Shown: one piece after another, positions 13,502 to 27,388 of the stretch
Numbering within the stretch: position 1 is the stretch's first letter
Layout: the number at the start of each line of letters is the position of its first letter
From: Adineta vaga
Taxonomy: Eukaryota > Animalia > Rotifera
Length of the DNA: 64,000 bases
Direction: 5' to 3'
Assembly (NCBI GenBank): GCA_021613535.1
Contig: CP075492.1
Span: 12,958,001-13,022,000, forward strand
Translations under genes and position numbers: made by a program
The notes under the pieces: generated by a model
Told to the model about the DNA's origin: nothing
Seen by the model: only the letters and a program-made list of their open reading frames with translations
Database searches by the model: none

Positions 13502-16500
13502 ATGACAACTTTACCACCAATTCAACCACGTCCTATCTTATGTAAAACTCCTACAATAAACAATACTTCATCATCATCATCATCTGTTTTTCTTATTCAT
13601 GCATCTAATCAACCTTCACATATAGTCAATACAAATTTTTATTCATCAAATACTGATTTAACAAATAATAATAATAATAACAATAATTCATCACAAATTT
13701 CTTCATCTCTTCCTATTCCAGCAGCACCATTATCTTCCTATGAAGAATTTCTCAAACGACTTCGCGAATTTCATCGATGTCGTCAGTATGTATCTCAATT
13801 GTATAGAATAAACAAAAGATAAACTATTTGTTCTACTTTTTAGAACAACATTTCGAAGTTTACCAACAATTGGTGGACAAATTATTGATTTACAAGCATT
13901 ATATAATACCGTTCTTGCACATGGTGGTTGGGATAAAGTAAATGATCGTCAACTATGGTTAACAGTTGCACATCATTTTGGAATAGATACAACTTGTTTG
14001 AATGGTACACAAGCTTTGAAGAATATTTATATACGGTAAGACTAGTGAAGAAACAATTGATAGAAGTCACGTTACTGAGTAGAAAATCACTTAACCTTCA
14101 GTTTGTTTATTTCATATTTCAAGTAGAAACAGAATTGTTTATCAACAGTTTATTAAAATCGACTGTCATGTTGAATTACTTTTTGTATATGCAATTCGAT
14201 GTGATTTTAACATATGATAAAGATATTTCTTGACCTTCAATTGTTCTTTTCATGGAGTATAATTACGTTTTCATAAGAAGTCCTTGTAATCACATAACTT
14301 TGTCCAAGAGTGTAAATTTCATTTCAATTGAGAAGGATAGTAACGAAACTTCGGATTTTCCTTTCTATAGATATTTATATGCGTTTGAAAAAATCAGTAA
14401 CGGTGAACGTATCGATTCACGTGATGATGATGATGAAGATTCGAAACGACGTAATGTTTCTCATTTTCAACGTGTACCACAATCTTACAATCATAATCAA
14501 CATGTTGTTTCCGGTAAGTTAGAATTTGTTTTTTTATCTAACTTTACACAAAATGATTGGTTTCGTTTTTGTAGATTCTCTACGTGCTCAATATGGTCTT
14601 TTTCGTGATTTTGTTCGTCGAAGTGAATATGAAAAATTAGAATTAGCTTTATTATGTGGTTTTCCTAATGAATTAACATTTTCATTAAATACATTATTAT
14701 TATTATCATCAACAACAAATACTTCAACAGCATTTCAACTTTATAAATGTCCACGTTTGTTAGATATACTTTTTCGTCATATTGGTTTATTTTCTTCACT
14801 TGATACGTCATTAAACGATCATTCATTGAAACTTTTATATGATAATATGTGGTCAAAACATTTAGATTATCATATGGAACAATTTTGGATTGATTTTTGT
14901 TCATCAGATATTGTTAAACAATTCTTAAATATTGATAATCATCAATCTTCAAAAACTTTCTATAATAATTTTAATTTAAATTCGAATGAAAATCAACAAC
15001 AACAAGAACTTCGTATTGAACAAATTCTTATGATTATACGTAATCTTTCATTTGATCGTGCCAATGCAATTTATTTACTTGAAACATTATGTTCATCGAC
15101 ATCAGTAACTTATATATTCTTATTATTAATATCGTATTGTGAAAAGAAACTTGAATTACAAAAATATGCTCTTGATATCTGGACAAATTTAGCATTATAT
15201 ATGCATTTACGTTCGATTAGTAATGATGAAGGACATCATATTCGACAATTACTTCGTCAAATGTTAGATGGAAATGAAGATAATGAACAAGAAGATCGTT
15301 TAAAAATTATTCGAGCATTAGAAATCATAGCAAATTTAGCACATGCTGGTAGTGATAATGGAATTTATTTAATGGATTTTATTGAAATCATTGTACAGAG
15401 ACTTATTCATGTATCGGATATACTTGTATTAGTACATACATTAGAATGTCTATATCAATTATCAGAATTAGGTAAAGATTTTATCTCTAATGTTTATCAT
15501 GTTTGATGTAAATTTTAGGTGAGCAATTGTGCAATGTTATACTTTCAGTACAATCATCGACATCAATAATAACAACACTTATTGATTTATTAACTATTGA
15601 AGCACGAAGTTTTTCTTCACAAACAATTAAAACAATCAAAATTGTTGAAATGTCATCTGGTCCTGTACTTCTTCCATCTTATCATCAACCACCTTCAACG
15701 CAACAAATATTAAATGTGCCACAATCTGTTGTCGTTATTTCTAATACTCAACAACAACAACAGCCGCAGCAGCAGCAGCAACAACAACAACAAACATATG
15801 CTGTTGAAAATACAGAAATGAATAAAAGTTATTATAGTAATAATAATAGGTTAATTCTTCAACAACAACAACATTCAAAACCTATTACAGTAGCAAATGT
15901 TATTGCATCAGGAAATCTTTTAGCAGTCGCCTCACCATCAGCACAGACTACATCGACAACACCAATCATTGTTGCAAATACAAATGCACAATCGAATCAA
16001 ATTATGGATAAAAAACGAAAACATGACTGTAAATATTGTTTCTATAGAAAAACGTGATGAGAAAATTACATCTTTGACTGAAAAATCTCGATTACATCTA
16101 ATCATTACTCATGTTTTTTTCTTAACTATTTTCTAGCTATTTCGGAAACGATTGCTGCTGTTGTAAATGGTACATCACCCTCTCCATCTCCATCTTCAAC
16201 ACCTCCACCACCGAAACGTTCGCGTCCATCTCGTCCACGTGCTACTCCAACAAAAAATGCTGTTATTGTCGCACCAATTCCACCACCACCACCAACTCGA
16301 CTTTTCCCATCTTCGTCGATAGAAGACGATACTAGTAGTATGGAAAGTACTAGTACAAGTAACAGTATTCAATCAACTATGACTGATTTACTTGATCGAT
16401 GCTCATCGCCATCTTCTGCAGTGCACACATTCGAACATGATGTTCGTTCATGTTTAAATGATTTATGTCATCGCGTTACTTTGGCTATTGATGATCCACT

Positions 16501-17602
16501 CTTATCAACATCTATTATATACAATCCAATTCCATCACCTGTATTCAAACGTAAAATCGATGAACAATCCTCATCAACGAATAAACGAGCAACAAAATCA
16601 ACTAATCAAAATGATGAACAAACACCAAAGAAAAAACGAAATCGTTCGTCAGGTAAAAAATCCTCGACAGATTTAACCAGTAATGTAACGACACCAATAA
16701 TGAAAAAAGAAGAACCTTTTGAACAAGAAATACCAGATATTAAACCAACATTATCTGTAATTCAATCGACGAATACATCAGATTATATTTGTGAATGGGA
16801 GAATTGTCGAAAGTAAATCATCTTTAGAGATTTTATCTGATGTAATTACTCTTTTCTTTCTTTAGAAATTTTCCTACAGCTCGTTCTGTTTTTCATCATG
16901 CTTGTTCAGCTCATATTAAACATTTACACGAATATGTTTGTTTATGGAATGGTTGCGATCGAATAAAACGACAAAAATGGGCTTTGATCAGTCATATTCA
17001 AGTATATATTTTTCTTGTCTTATGAAACAACTGCTTTCTAAATGATTGAATGAAACTATTTAGGAACGTCATTGTTCAGAAATTGCATTTCGACAAGCAA
17101 AACAAAAAGCAGCTAATTCAATTATTGCAACAAATACTAATATAAATCACACAAATGTAACTGCAACGACAATAAGTAATGGCCCATCAACGACAAATGC
17201 TATTGGATATGCACCTGATGCTGCTTGGCTTGCTGTTCGACGTCACATGCAAATAAGTTCATTTGATGATCTATTAGTATGTTTTCTTTCCTTCTAATCT
17301 TGATTCACAATTATCATTATTATTATATATTCGTATAGATCAAAACGAAAGAAGGTCCATTAACGAAAAGTATTCGATTGACAGCTGCACTTATCTTACG
17401 TAACATTGCTCGACACTCATCGATCGGAAAACAGTGAGTTCTACTATTGAAATCAGTGTTTGATCATACATCTATACATGTGTCTTTGTTTTTAATCATT
17501 AGAAATCTTCGTCAATATGAACAACATCTTGCAAATTTAGCTTTAGAACCATCCGAAGCATCACATACTATAAGTTCATGTTTATTTGAGCTATACAATT
17601 GA
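13502..17602 (+). CDS. ARID2: AT-rich interactive domain protein 2 (BAF200, PBAF subunit), multi-exon
   Basis: ARID domain (FLKRLREFH..IDLQALYNTVLAHGGWDKV..W..LKNIYIRYLYAFEK); YEKLELALLCGFPNELTFSLNTLLLLS; two C-terminal C2H2 fingers (CEWENC..HACSAH, CLWNGC..HIQERH); tail KEGPLTKSIRLTAALILRNI; TGA at 17600-17602. Confidence 0.9.
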
Positions 17603-18439
17603 ATTTTTTTCTTGTCTTCAATGTAAATGAATTGCATGCAGAAATGTTACAATTGTTTCCTGTATTGATGTGAATGTCTTCTGGTTTCTTTTTGTACTAT
17701 TTTTCTATTTGTCGTCAACAACATGAAACTATGAACAAGGGCAATTCACAAAAAAATGTTTCAATGAAATATCTTTTGTTTTATTAAACAATACATATTT
17801 TTAACGTTGATCGTTGGAAATAAAATCACATATGTTCATATCAAATAACAGAGAGATGAAAAAACTAGCGAATTGTTCTTCGATCTATTCTTCTGATTGA
17901 CTCAGTGACTGTTGTTTTACTATGTAGAACTCCACCATCATTTTCGTCTTTCAGGTCTATTTCATATCTAAACATATAGATTTCTTTCTTTACGACTAAA
18001 TCTTTAACCAGGCCTTTCGTGATATTTTTGCTGTATGAATAATTGCACGTAAACATATTCAATGAAATTTGGATTAACAGTGAAGTTATTTTTGATTATT
18101 TGTATCCTGTTATATACTTACGATTTCATCTAGGAGATCAATACGTGGAATAGTTGGTTAAATGTACAAAAACTCAAACCTTGAGGCAGAATTGTTTGAC
18201 ATTCATGATTTTTCTGAATCTAAATGTAAGATAACAATGCTTGAAGGGATTCCTTGTGTAGACGAGATTTTCTTTAAATAATCTGTTAAATAATTATGAG
18301 TAATAGTTACTTATTGATTATGAAAAAAGCAATATTTTTTTGGTGCTTTAAGTGTTCTCTTCACTGTATATTTAAAACGATATACTTGTATTCATATATC
18401 GATTCGATTAAATCATATTCAACCAAAAAGAAACAAAAT

Positions 18440-21177
18440 ATGTTGTTCTCTGTATGCCTGTTTGTAATTATACATATCTGTGAAGCTCAACAATTATTAA
18501 GTATCCAAAACGATTATGACAGGTATGGTACACGTCTAGCAAACAATGATCAAGTAATTTTATTAGCACAAAATGAATTTAGTGCATATTTATTAGCCTT
18601 TTATCCATATGGACCATCAAATTATTGTTATTACGGTTATTCACCAACTCAAACTTTTGTTATGAATATTGCTATTAGTCAGAAACAAACTTCTGATGAA
18701 ACAATTTTTATTTATTTACGTACAGTTACCGACGAGTCATGCATCTACAGTTGGGTGTATGTAAAATTAATAAAACAGAATGTTTAAGCAAAAATTTTGT
18801 CATGGAAACGACTAAAACAATAGTACATCAATTCTCATTTCTTGTATTAGATACATCAATATTAAAAGTTGATCCAATTGGTGAATATGCATATGGATTT
18901 CTCGCTCCCGAAGCATTTATTTACGATATCAATAATGGTAATGTAACATTAATTTCATGGCAAGAATTATTACCAGATCTACCAGAAATCTATCGAAAAG
19001 ATGCTGATGTAACTATGATTGATGATAATATTCGAATGATTGTATTAGTTGGTTATTCTCGAGAACAAACTGATTCATCATTACCGGTAATTTATCTTCT
19101 TCGACATGAACCTCCATCAACAATGATCCTTGTAGATTCTCTAATATTGATCAATGATACTTTTGTTGGTGATGCTTTTGCTTTTGGATATACTTTTGAT
19201 TATGTGATGTCAGTATCAATTGAACATACAACACAACAGATTTTAGTTGGCTTACCATATTTTGGAAAAACATTTTTATTGAAATTTACAAGTACAAATC
19301 TGACTCTGATGAAAGAATTTCCATATGCTGCACGATCAGTAGCATGGATTGATAATGGAACTCAAGCAGTATTATTGTTTGCTGATATTCCAACACTCCC
19401 ATGGGCTTCATCGCAAGTTCAAGTGATTAATACATCAGTCACCGATACTCATCTTGCTACTCTCTATGCTGTTCCAAACAATCAACAAACTATTGCATTT
19501 AAAACTGGTAAAAGTGCAGTAGATTTTCTTCGTATAACTGTCAGTAATGGTCTGCCAATAATTCTGACCAGTACAGGATATGTAATTTATGCTCCAATTG
19601 CACCACCGGATTCTTATATTGGACTGACTGAAATATCATCCATTGCTCCTTCACCAGTGCGATGTCCAGCTGGTACATTCAAAACTCATACTGGACCAAG
19701 TCCATGTATTGTATGTGCCACAGGTTTCAAAAGATCGGTTGATAATAGAAGTTTAGATGGTTCTTCATCGAATTTGGAATGTACACCTTGTTCATCAACT
19801 TCGTATTGTCCACTTGCATCTGTTAATGATATTAATCAATCATCATATCCATCATTTAATCAAGGATATCCATATCCAAACTCTCCTGCTAGTACTAATT
19901 TTGATGATATCATCATCACAAATACATTTCAAATTAGTTCAACCAATCGTCGTTGTCTTCTCGTATCACCAATCTTTTGGACTTTACTTGTTTTAGGATT
20001 AACTGGTATTATATTAATTATCATGGGTATTCTCTATTGGACACCAAATGGTCGTCGTCATTTTCAGTGGTTAACAAATATTTTTCGACGAACGGATATC
20101 GTTGGTGAAGGAGAATTGTGGGTTGGTGGATTGATGTCATTTGCATTACTTGTATTGATAACATTCGGATTTTGGTTTGGATTTGTTTATGTCAAAGAAT
20201 ATCCCATTGAAACAGCAGGTGATGCTAGCTTTGCATGTGATACTTCATTGAGAAATGCAAAATTTTCATCAAGTTTACAATTATTAGCATTACTCAAGAC
20301 AGAAGAAGAAATACCAGTTTTCGAATTATTGGATCAACAAAACTGGACGTTAGTTGTAGATTTTATTCAAACTGGTTTTCAGTGCAAAGATATTGCTGCT
20401 GAAGTAATTATTCCATATAATCATCATCATAAAACTAGTCTACATTTCTCTGTTTCAGGCAAACATTGAATCCTACAAAATCAAACTCCCAATTACCAAC
20501 TGTTCTCAACAACCAGACAATGCTACACGTACTCTTGTTGTTCCACTAACTACACATCTAATTACTGTTCAATTCAATCTAACAGGTTTATCATATTCAT
20601 TTTCTAACTATTTCATACGATATAATCTATCATAGGTAATTCATATGTTGGTGCTAGTCGAATCTGTATTCATGGTCCATCAATAAGTCGAGAAGAAAGT
20701 TATTCCAGTATCAAAGAACTTTCATTTTGTCATTTAATTTCCAATACAGATCAAACTATTTCTCAACAAACGATTGTAAAACTTGATTTTACTAAAGTCA
20801 TCAATCGAACAGAAGGACTCGATATCAATGATCCGGTGACTTACAGTGGAATTTGGATTCCTACAGTGACAATTAGATCACTGAATGATCGAATTGCTTA
20901 TGAACAACAAGGTACTTATCTTCGATACTTATCTTCACAACAGACTATTTCGATTGCATTGAGTGAAACACAGTTTTTTATTAAAAATACTCAAGAACCA
21001 ATTGCAAGATCGGGCGAAGTTATTTTTCATAATATTCTCTTTTCAACTGTTTGTATTGAATTATTTGGTCTCGCATTTTTATTATTCAAATTGGCTTTAT
21101 TACCATTATTAAAATTCCTTATAAAGAAAGCAAAAGATCAATGTTATTGCATACATTCGACGACAACAAAACTATAG
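18440..21177 (+). CDS. Uncharacterised signal-peptide, Cys-rich (GCC2/TNFR-like) multi-pass membrane protein; apparent frameshift at ~18738
   Basis: Signal peptide MLFSVCLFVIIHICEA; CPAGTFKTHTGPSPCIVCATG..CTPC..YCP module; hydrophobic helices FWTLLVLGLTGIILIIMGILYW, LWVGGLMSFALLVLITFGFWFG and a C-terminal ILFSTVCIELFGLAFLLFKLALLP; introns ~20404-20458 and ~20586-20635. Confidence 0.7.
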
Positions 21178-23875
21178 ATGTCATATTAAAGATGAAATAT
21201 GTTTTTTTGATTAACAAATAAATTCAAACTTGCTCTCTTGGATGGTTCTTCAATAAGAGAAAAAAAACATTGCGAGGTTATTCTTTTCTTGATATACTTC
21301 AAAAGATATTATCATTATCCATAATTATCTAGAAAAGCGTTACAAAATAGAGTTTTTTGAATGTCTGATGACATTGTATCCATATAAGACAACAAAAATA
21401 CGTACTAAATATACTTTGTTTTTAATCATCTAATATCTATGAAGATTTGTTTTCTTCTTACAAAATAGAAAACTGTTCTCTTCATTATCATCAATCCTAT
21501 CAATTATTTTATTATGCTTGTCCTCCTATCTATTAATCGTTTGACTATTTCTATACACATATAATCAAGAAATGTCAATGCTATTAGTTTGTCTATTGAC
21601 ATCGAAACTACTGCCGATTCCACTTCTTATTTGTAACCTTTATCTTTCAAATAGTCTTTATAAATTATATTTCTCAGAACGTGGTATATTTCATGCATTA
21701 ATCAATAAATAAATCTATTAACATCAACACTTGACAAACAACAATAAACAATTAATCATCGTAAATTATTCACATGTTTTATATGCAAGAGTTTGAACAG
21801 GATTTCAAATATCTATATTTACATAATCATAAACATCGACAAAATAGTATGTTAATCTCAAATTGTTTTTGTTCCGGTGATGGTTAACAAGTATATGAAC
21901 AAGAAAACATCATCATCGAAAATGATCGTTATGCATAAATATTCGTTCTGCTTCTTTTTTATCTTTCAATCATTTTCTATCTATCTATATATATGTACAC
22001 ATGACGATTATTTGTCGTTCTCTTTTCTTTGCTCTTTCTTTAGCCAAAATAAACGACATCGAAATAGTAGTAATGATGATGACGGTTCTTTACGGTAGTC
22101 TTCGTTATAGATAGATAGACAGAAAGGCATGTATGCATACTGTGTCCTTTATTAAGTCATATTCTTTAATTAATACCATTGTGTCTATTCTCTGTATGTT
22201 TCATCGTTTACCTTGACAAATATGCGATACTCGTTTTTTGTTTTCTTTTTCCTTCTTGTTTGATATTATTGATGATAGGTATGTTGTTTAAATTTGTTTT
22301 GAAATCATTAATAATCAATAATAAATCAGTTCGTCGAACATTTGATTTAATGCTTTTTCTTGTTTAGCACGACAAAATAAGGACAAATTACTTCTTCATG
22401 TCCTAGTTTCTGACAATAAGAATATAGTGTTGTTTATATAGATTTCTATTTAATATTCATAGTCATCATCATCATCGTCGTCGTTGTCGTCATTCGAAGA
22501 TTTACATAGCCTCGATATCTACATGATAGGAAAGAAATTAATTGTAAAGATACGAGCAAATTTTTCTGCTGCTTATTTGTAAAAAGCAAAGCAGTACATT
22601 AGTTTACCTGTAGATTTTTGTTTTTACCTTAATAAATCGAAAAACAAAATTACTTGAGAAGTTATTATTAATTACTACATATCGAACGAGACTATTTACC
22701 GATGACAAATAATCATTTCAAGGGGAAATTTTTCTTTTCTTTTCTTTTATCGTTGACAATGAAACTTAAGATTACTGAAAAGACATTAGATCAATATTAA
22801 TTCATTCTGATCAATTTTCTCGACCTCAGAAGTTCCTTTTTTGTTCTTGTTGTCTGTCTAATGACATTCCGATTTCATTTTTTTTGGAGATGAATAGTTT
22901 TGATTGTATCATTTGTTCTTTTTCTTTTACTAGAATTCTATTGTATTTTATCGAGAAAAATATCGTCTCTATTGAGAAAAAATATATTACTCTTGACGAT
23001 TTTTCTTTTCGTAGAAGGTAATCTTCATCAATTGACTATTCATCGTACTCACTATTGGAAACAGCTCATCGATCATATGAAAAGAAAATTATAGGATCAA
23101 TATGTACTTGACAAATCACTTAACATTATTTTTAATTCTAGCATAGTGAATTGAATTAGTACCATAGGGATACGTTCTTTGACAAGTACAGACTTATAAG
23201 TAAGACTTTGTTGTTGTTGTTTTATGTTTGTTTAAGTCTGTTAATTAAATAAAACTTTTATCTTCTTATGTTTACTTTAGATTAAATTTGCAGCTTTACT
23301 AACTACATAACATAAGATTTTCAATAATCGACGGACAAAATCACAGGATATGAAAATACGAAGTTTGTCGTACGAAGAGCATTGATTAGAGTATGTAAAA
23401 ACAAGCGACTTTCTTAGACATATCTGTAATCGTAAATGGAGTACATCTGTTTGATATTATATCTTGAGGCAAAATTCTATGATATTATGACCTATAACTA
23501 GCTAGATATAAATAGCATAACATCGGAAACAGATCATAGCAATAACTACATGTTGTAAAAGCACGATAGTTGCGAGATGAGTTCGAGAAAACAAAAAAAA
23601 TCTTTTACTGTTTTCTTTTTCGATAGTCTATAATTAATACTCGAAATTGACACTTCTTGATCTCGATAGTCTATACATATCTATATAGATATATAGACAT
23701 TATTCAAGTGGACTTCTTGCTGCTTGTTATAGTACAGAAGTCTTGTCAATAGGAAGATTGATATGCTTAATCATAGTATTTTTATGATATACCATCTGTT
23801 GTTATCAGATTTTATTGCAAAGAACATGCTCTTCTGTTTTTGTTTTACTGAAAAACTTGTTTTTGAATTTTATTT

Positions 23876-26121
23876 ATGATTCTTCTGTTATTTTGTTTTT
23901 TAAGATTGTCGACCGTCCATGTGGTTGTGATATGCTCATATTCTTTCTCGATGTTACCAATAGAAAATGAAAATTTATATTGTCCTGCTTTATTTGATAA
24001 TCTATGTTGGCCGCAAACTCTTGCCAATGAGTCAATCACCATCTCATGTGCATCTTTGGTAGTACAAGGTGTTGATTCTACCAGTTCGTATTATAATTAT
24101 TGCTTTTATAGCAAATAAAAATTTTATTTAGAATTCGTCACACGACAATGCCTTCCATCAGGCAATTGGTCAAATGTTTCGTATCAACCATGCGTTTATC
24201 CTGATGTATGGGATTTAATGACAACATTTTATACCCGAAGAACAGCTGCTCAAAGAAAAGTTTGTTTTGATCTTTGAAGATATTGATCATGTTTTCTTTT
24301 CAGGCTTATACAGATATTCTTGAAGCTGTGCGTATCGTTGAATTTATTGGATTATCTGTATCATTTATTAGTGTTCTTCTCTCACTTATCATCTTTGTAA
24401 CATTCAAGTAAATGATCTTTTTTTTCCTCAAAAACTTCGAATAAATTCATCGATTATGATGTTTTTCTTTTCACCATAGATCACTCTATTGCAGTCGAAC
24501 GAAAATTCATATAAATCTTTTATTGGCAATCTTTATTCAAATCATTGCACGTATAGTTAATTATGGTATTCAAATGAAACAATCGAATACAACTTCACAT
24601 ATTGTACCGATACCATGTGGTCTGAATATAAGTGTTCCTTCGCCAATAATTTCATCCGTATTAATCAGTATATGTCCATTGAAAATCATCTTTCTACAGT
24701 TCGGTATCAGTGCAATGTTTATGTGGATGCTTTGTGAAGGAATACATTTGAATACTGTTTTAACTGTTAGTGTATTTAAGAATCATTTTAAAACATATTA
24801 TTTTTATATACTTGGATGGTGTAAGTTAGAAATCGAAAGTAACTTATCCGGATGAATTTTTCTTTCGTTTTAGTTGTACCTTTTTGTATGACATTGAGTT
24901 GGAGTATTGTTATGTTTGTAAAAGAACGTGGCAGAAAGTAAGCTAAAAGATTCATAATGAAAAAAAAACAATATTCATTAAATGAATCATTTAGATGTTG
25001 GGCAAATTACAATTATTTAAAATATTACTATATCATTGATGGACCTCGATATGCTGTGATGATTGTAAGTTGATATTAAATTGTCTTGAAGATTTGTTCA
25101 AATGAATTCTGTTTAGATCAATATTATCTTTTTATTGAATATCATTCGAGTATTATTAGTTAAAATCAAAGAAGGTTCAGAAAAACAAATACGTACAGAG
25201 TAAGTTATGTGCCATGAATGAAAAGAAAAAGTAATCTGAAGATAATATATACGATATAATTCATTTCCATAGAAGAAAGAATACATCGAGACATTCTCGT
25301 GGTGTATTATCTAATTTAAAAACTTGTGTACAGTGGTAAATTCTAAGCTAACATGTATAAATACGCTTGTTTTTTTTCTAAACATATAATGAGATTTGTT
25401 TCGTGAAATCTATTTGTAATTTGCAATGTTTTAGTCGACAACGACGTGGATCAATGAATACAAGATTTGTAAAGTAAATATTGTTCAATTTTGATTTTCT
25501 TTATGATGCTTTTATTTTTGTAGAAAAGCAGTGAAAGCAGCCGTTTTTCTCTTGCCATTATTGGGTATTACACATATGTTGGAAACATTTTTTTCACCTG
25601 GTAAGAAAATTCGAACGAACGAACGAATTGTATATTTGATTTATTTAAGATCAATTATCAAATTCATTGTTTGCAATCTATTGCTCGGTGACTTATTTTC
25701 TTGTAACATTTCAAGGATTTTTCTGTTCATTACTTTATTGTTTCTTGAATACTGAAGTAAAACATTGATTTTTAATACTATTTGATATTTCTATTTCTAT
25801 TTCTATTTCAAAGGTTCGCGATACTTTATCTCGTCGTCTACGAACAACCTATACATGGATGCGATGTAAACAATGGTTAGGACGAAAGGATCGATATGAA
25901 AAAGATGTGTGTAATAGTGAAGATCGAACACGAATGGAATTATTAATCTCGCAATCGACTTCAAGACCAGTAGGAGATTTTCTATTTGATTTTTTTAATC
26001 TCTCTCTCTCTCTCTCGCTTTTGTTTGATTATAGAAAGAAAATACAGTTCAATTCGATGATCGTCGATTAACAACTGATGTTGATAGATCTTCTATGCAA
26101 CCATTGAAATCATCCTGTTAA
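23876..26121 (+). CDS. Class B (secretin-family) neuropeptide GPCR, PDF-receptor-like; start uncertain
   Basis: Hormone-receptor domain CPALFDNLCWP..C..RQCLPSGNW; RTKIHINLLLAIFIQII; AMFMWMLCEG; CWANYNYLKYYYIIDGPR; NIIRVLLVK; KAVKAAVFLLPLLGIT; FQGFFCSLLYCFLNTEV; TAA 26119-26121. These motifs resemble the PDF receptor subfamily (from memory). Confidence 0.85.
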
Positions 26122-27368
26122 ATATTTCTCGAACAAACATACTTGTTATTACTAATTCTTAAACTTTTTCTTTCTCATTGTCTTCATCTTAGCTTTCCGA
26201 TGAGTCAAGAGTATAAAAATGTACAAATGTTATATATTTATTATATGTTGAAGAAAATTTCAAATAGTAGAAGAAAAATTATTAGTTGTACGAAGAGACA
26301 TACAATCGATAACTGTGCGCGAACGATTACTATATTCAATTGATTCTAAGAAAATGTAAGTATATTAAGAAGAATCGATTGATTTGCATAATATAGCAGA
26401 TATAAAAACGTCTATGACATAATCGGTTTCGCTAGTAAAATCGAATTAAAGATGCATTAGATTGCAAAAAAGCTTTGTCGATTAAAACAATTGAATACAT
26501 GAACGAGATTTTTCAGACATGAAAACAAATACGTCAAATACGATCATCTACTGACGAGAGTCATGTGACATGACGAAGTTCTAAACTTTTTTTTGCAGTT
26601 CACCCGATAAAACGACATTTGTGACGAATATTACATTTGAATTCAATCACAAAATCACTTAAGCGAACAAAGATCTTGTGATTTCAGATTTCTATTAACA
26701 AGCTATTATCAATCTATTTTCGATTTGAGCAATCGTGTGGCAAAAAATATTCATCTTTCTTGTTCACATGTGAAGATAAATCATCGATGACCTACTTCAT
26801 TTTAAGGAAATAAACAACATAAGATAAAGGTCATTCATTCAGTAATCTAAAACTATATTAAATGATCTCTTCATAAATCAAAATTATTTTCAGCAGAAAA
26901 CATTGATAGATTAAAATGGTCGTCAATCAGTAACATTATCTGACACTTGCATAGTTCCTGTTGTCAAGTCAAGTGACCGTCTTGTCTACCAGACCGTTAT
27001 CTTTCCCTTGCCTTCTTCTCAACAAATTGAACATGTCCACCCAAAACCACTAATCGAATTACCTCTACACATATGTTCGTCTTCTTCTTGTTTTTCTTTC
27101 ACCAATATATACACTTAACATACAATCTCTTTCTCAATTACAACTACCACTACTTCTTCACCCTCACACACATACATTCAGATAACTCAACTCCATCAAA
27201 CATCTGTTTTGACTACCATCACCACTATTATTTCGATATCGATAAATTATGTTCAACTTTAACAAAGATAAGACAACATTCAAATCGTCTCTCCTCATAC
27301 TAATACACACATACACATAAAAACGACCATTAATCGTCACCAATCGTTCTCATTCTCTCACTCTCTAT

Positions 27369-27388
27369 CACACACACACACACACACA
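27369..27388. repeat. (CA)n microsatellite; its mirror (TG)n at ~38913-38936 is longer
   Basis: Seen directly in both arms. Confidence 0.85.

Noticed and set aside
7830-18740. A common programmed frameshifting system across the broken genes
   Set aside because: Shift directions and sequence contexts differ; indel errors or mutations are more parsimonious without read data.
21200-23870. Short hydrophobic ORFs upstream of the GPCR
   Set aside because: AT-rich non-coding composition with no motifs; more likely promoter, 5' UTR exons and introns.
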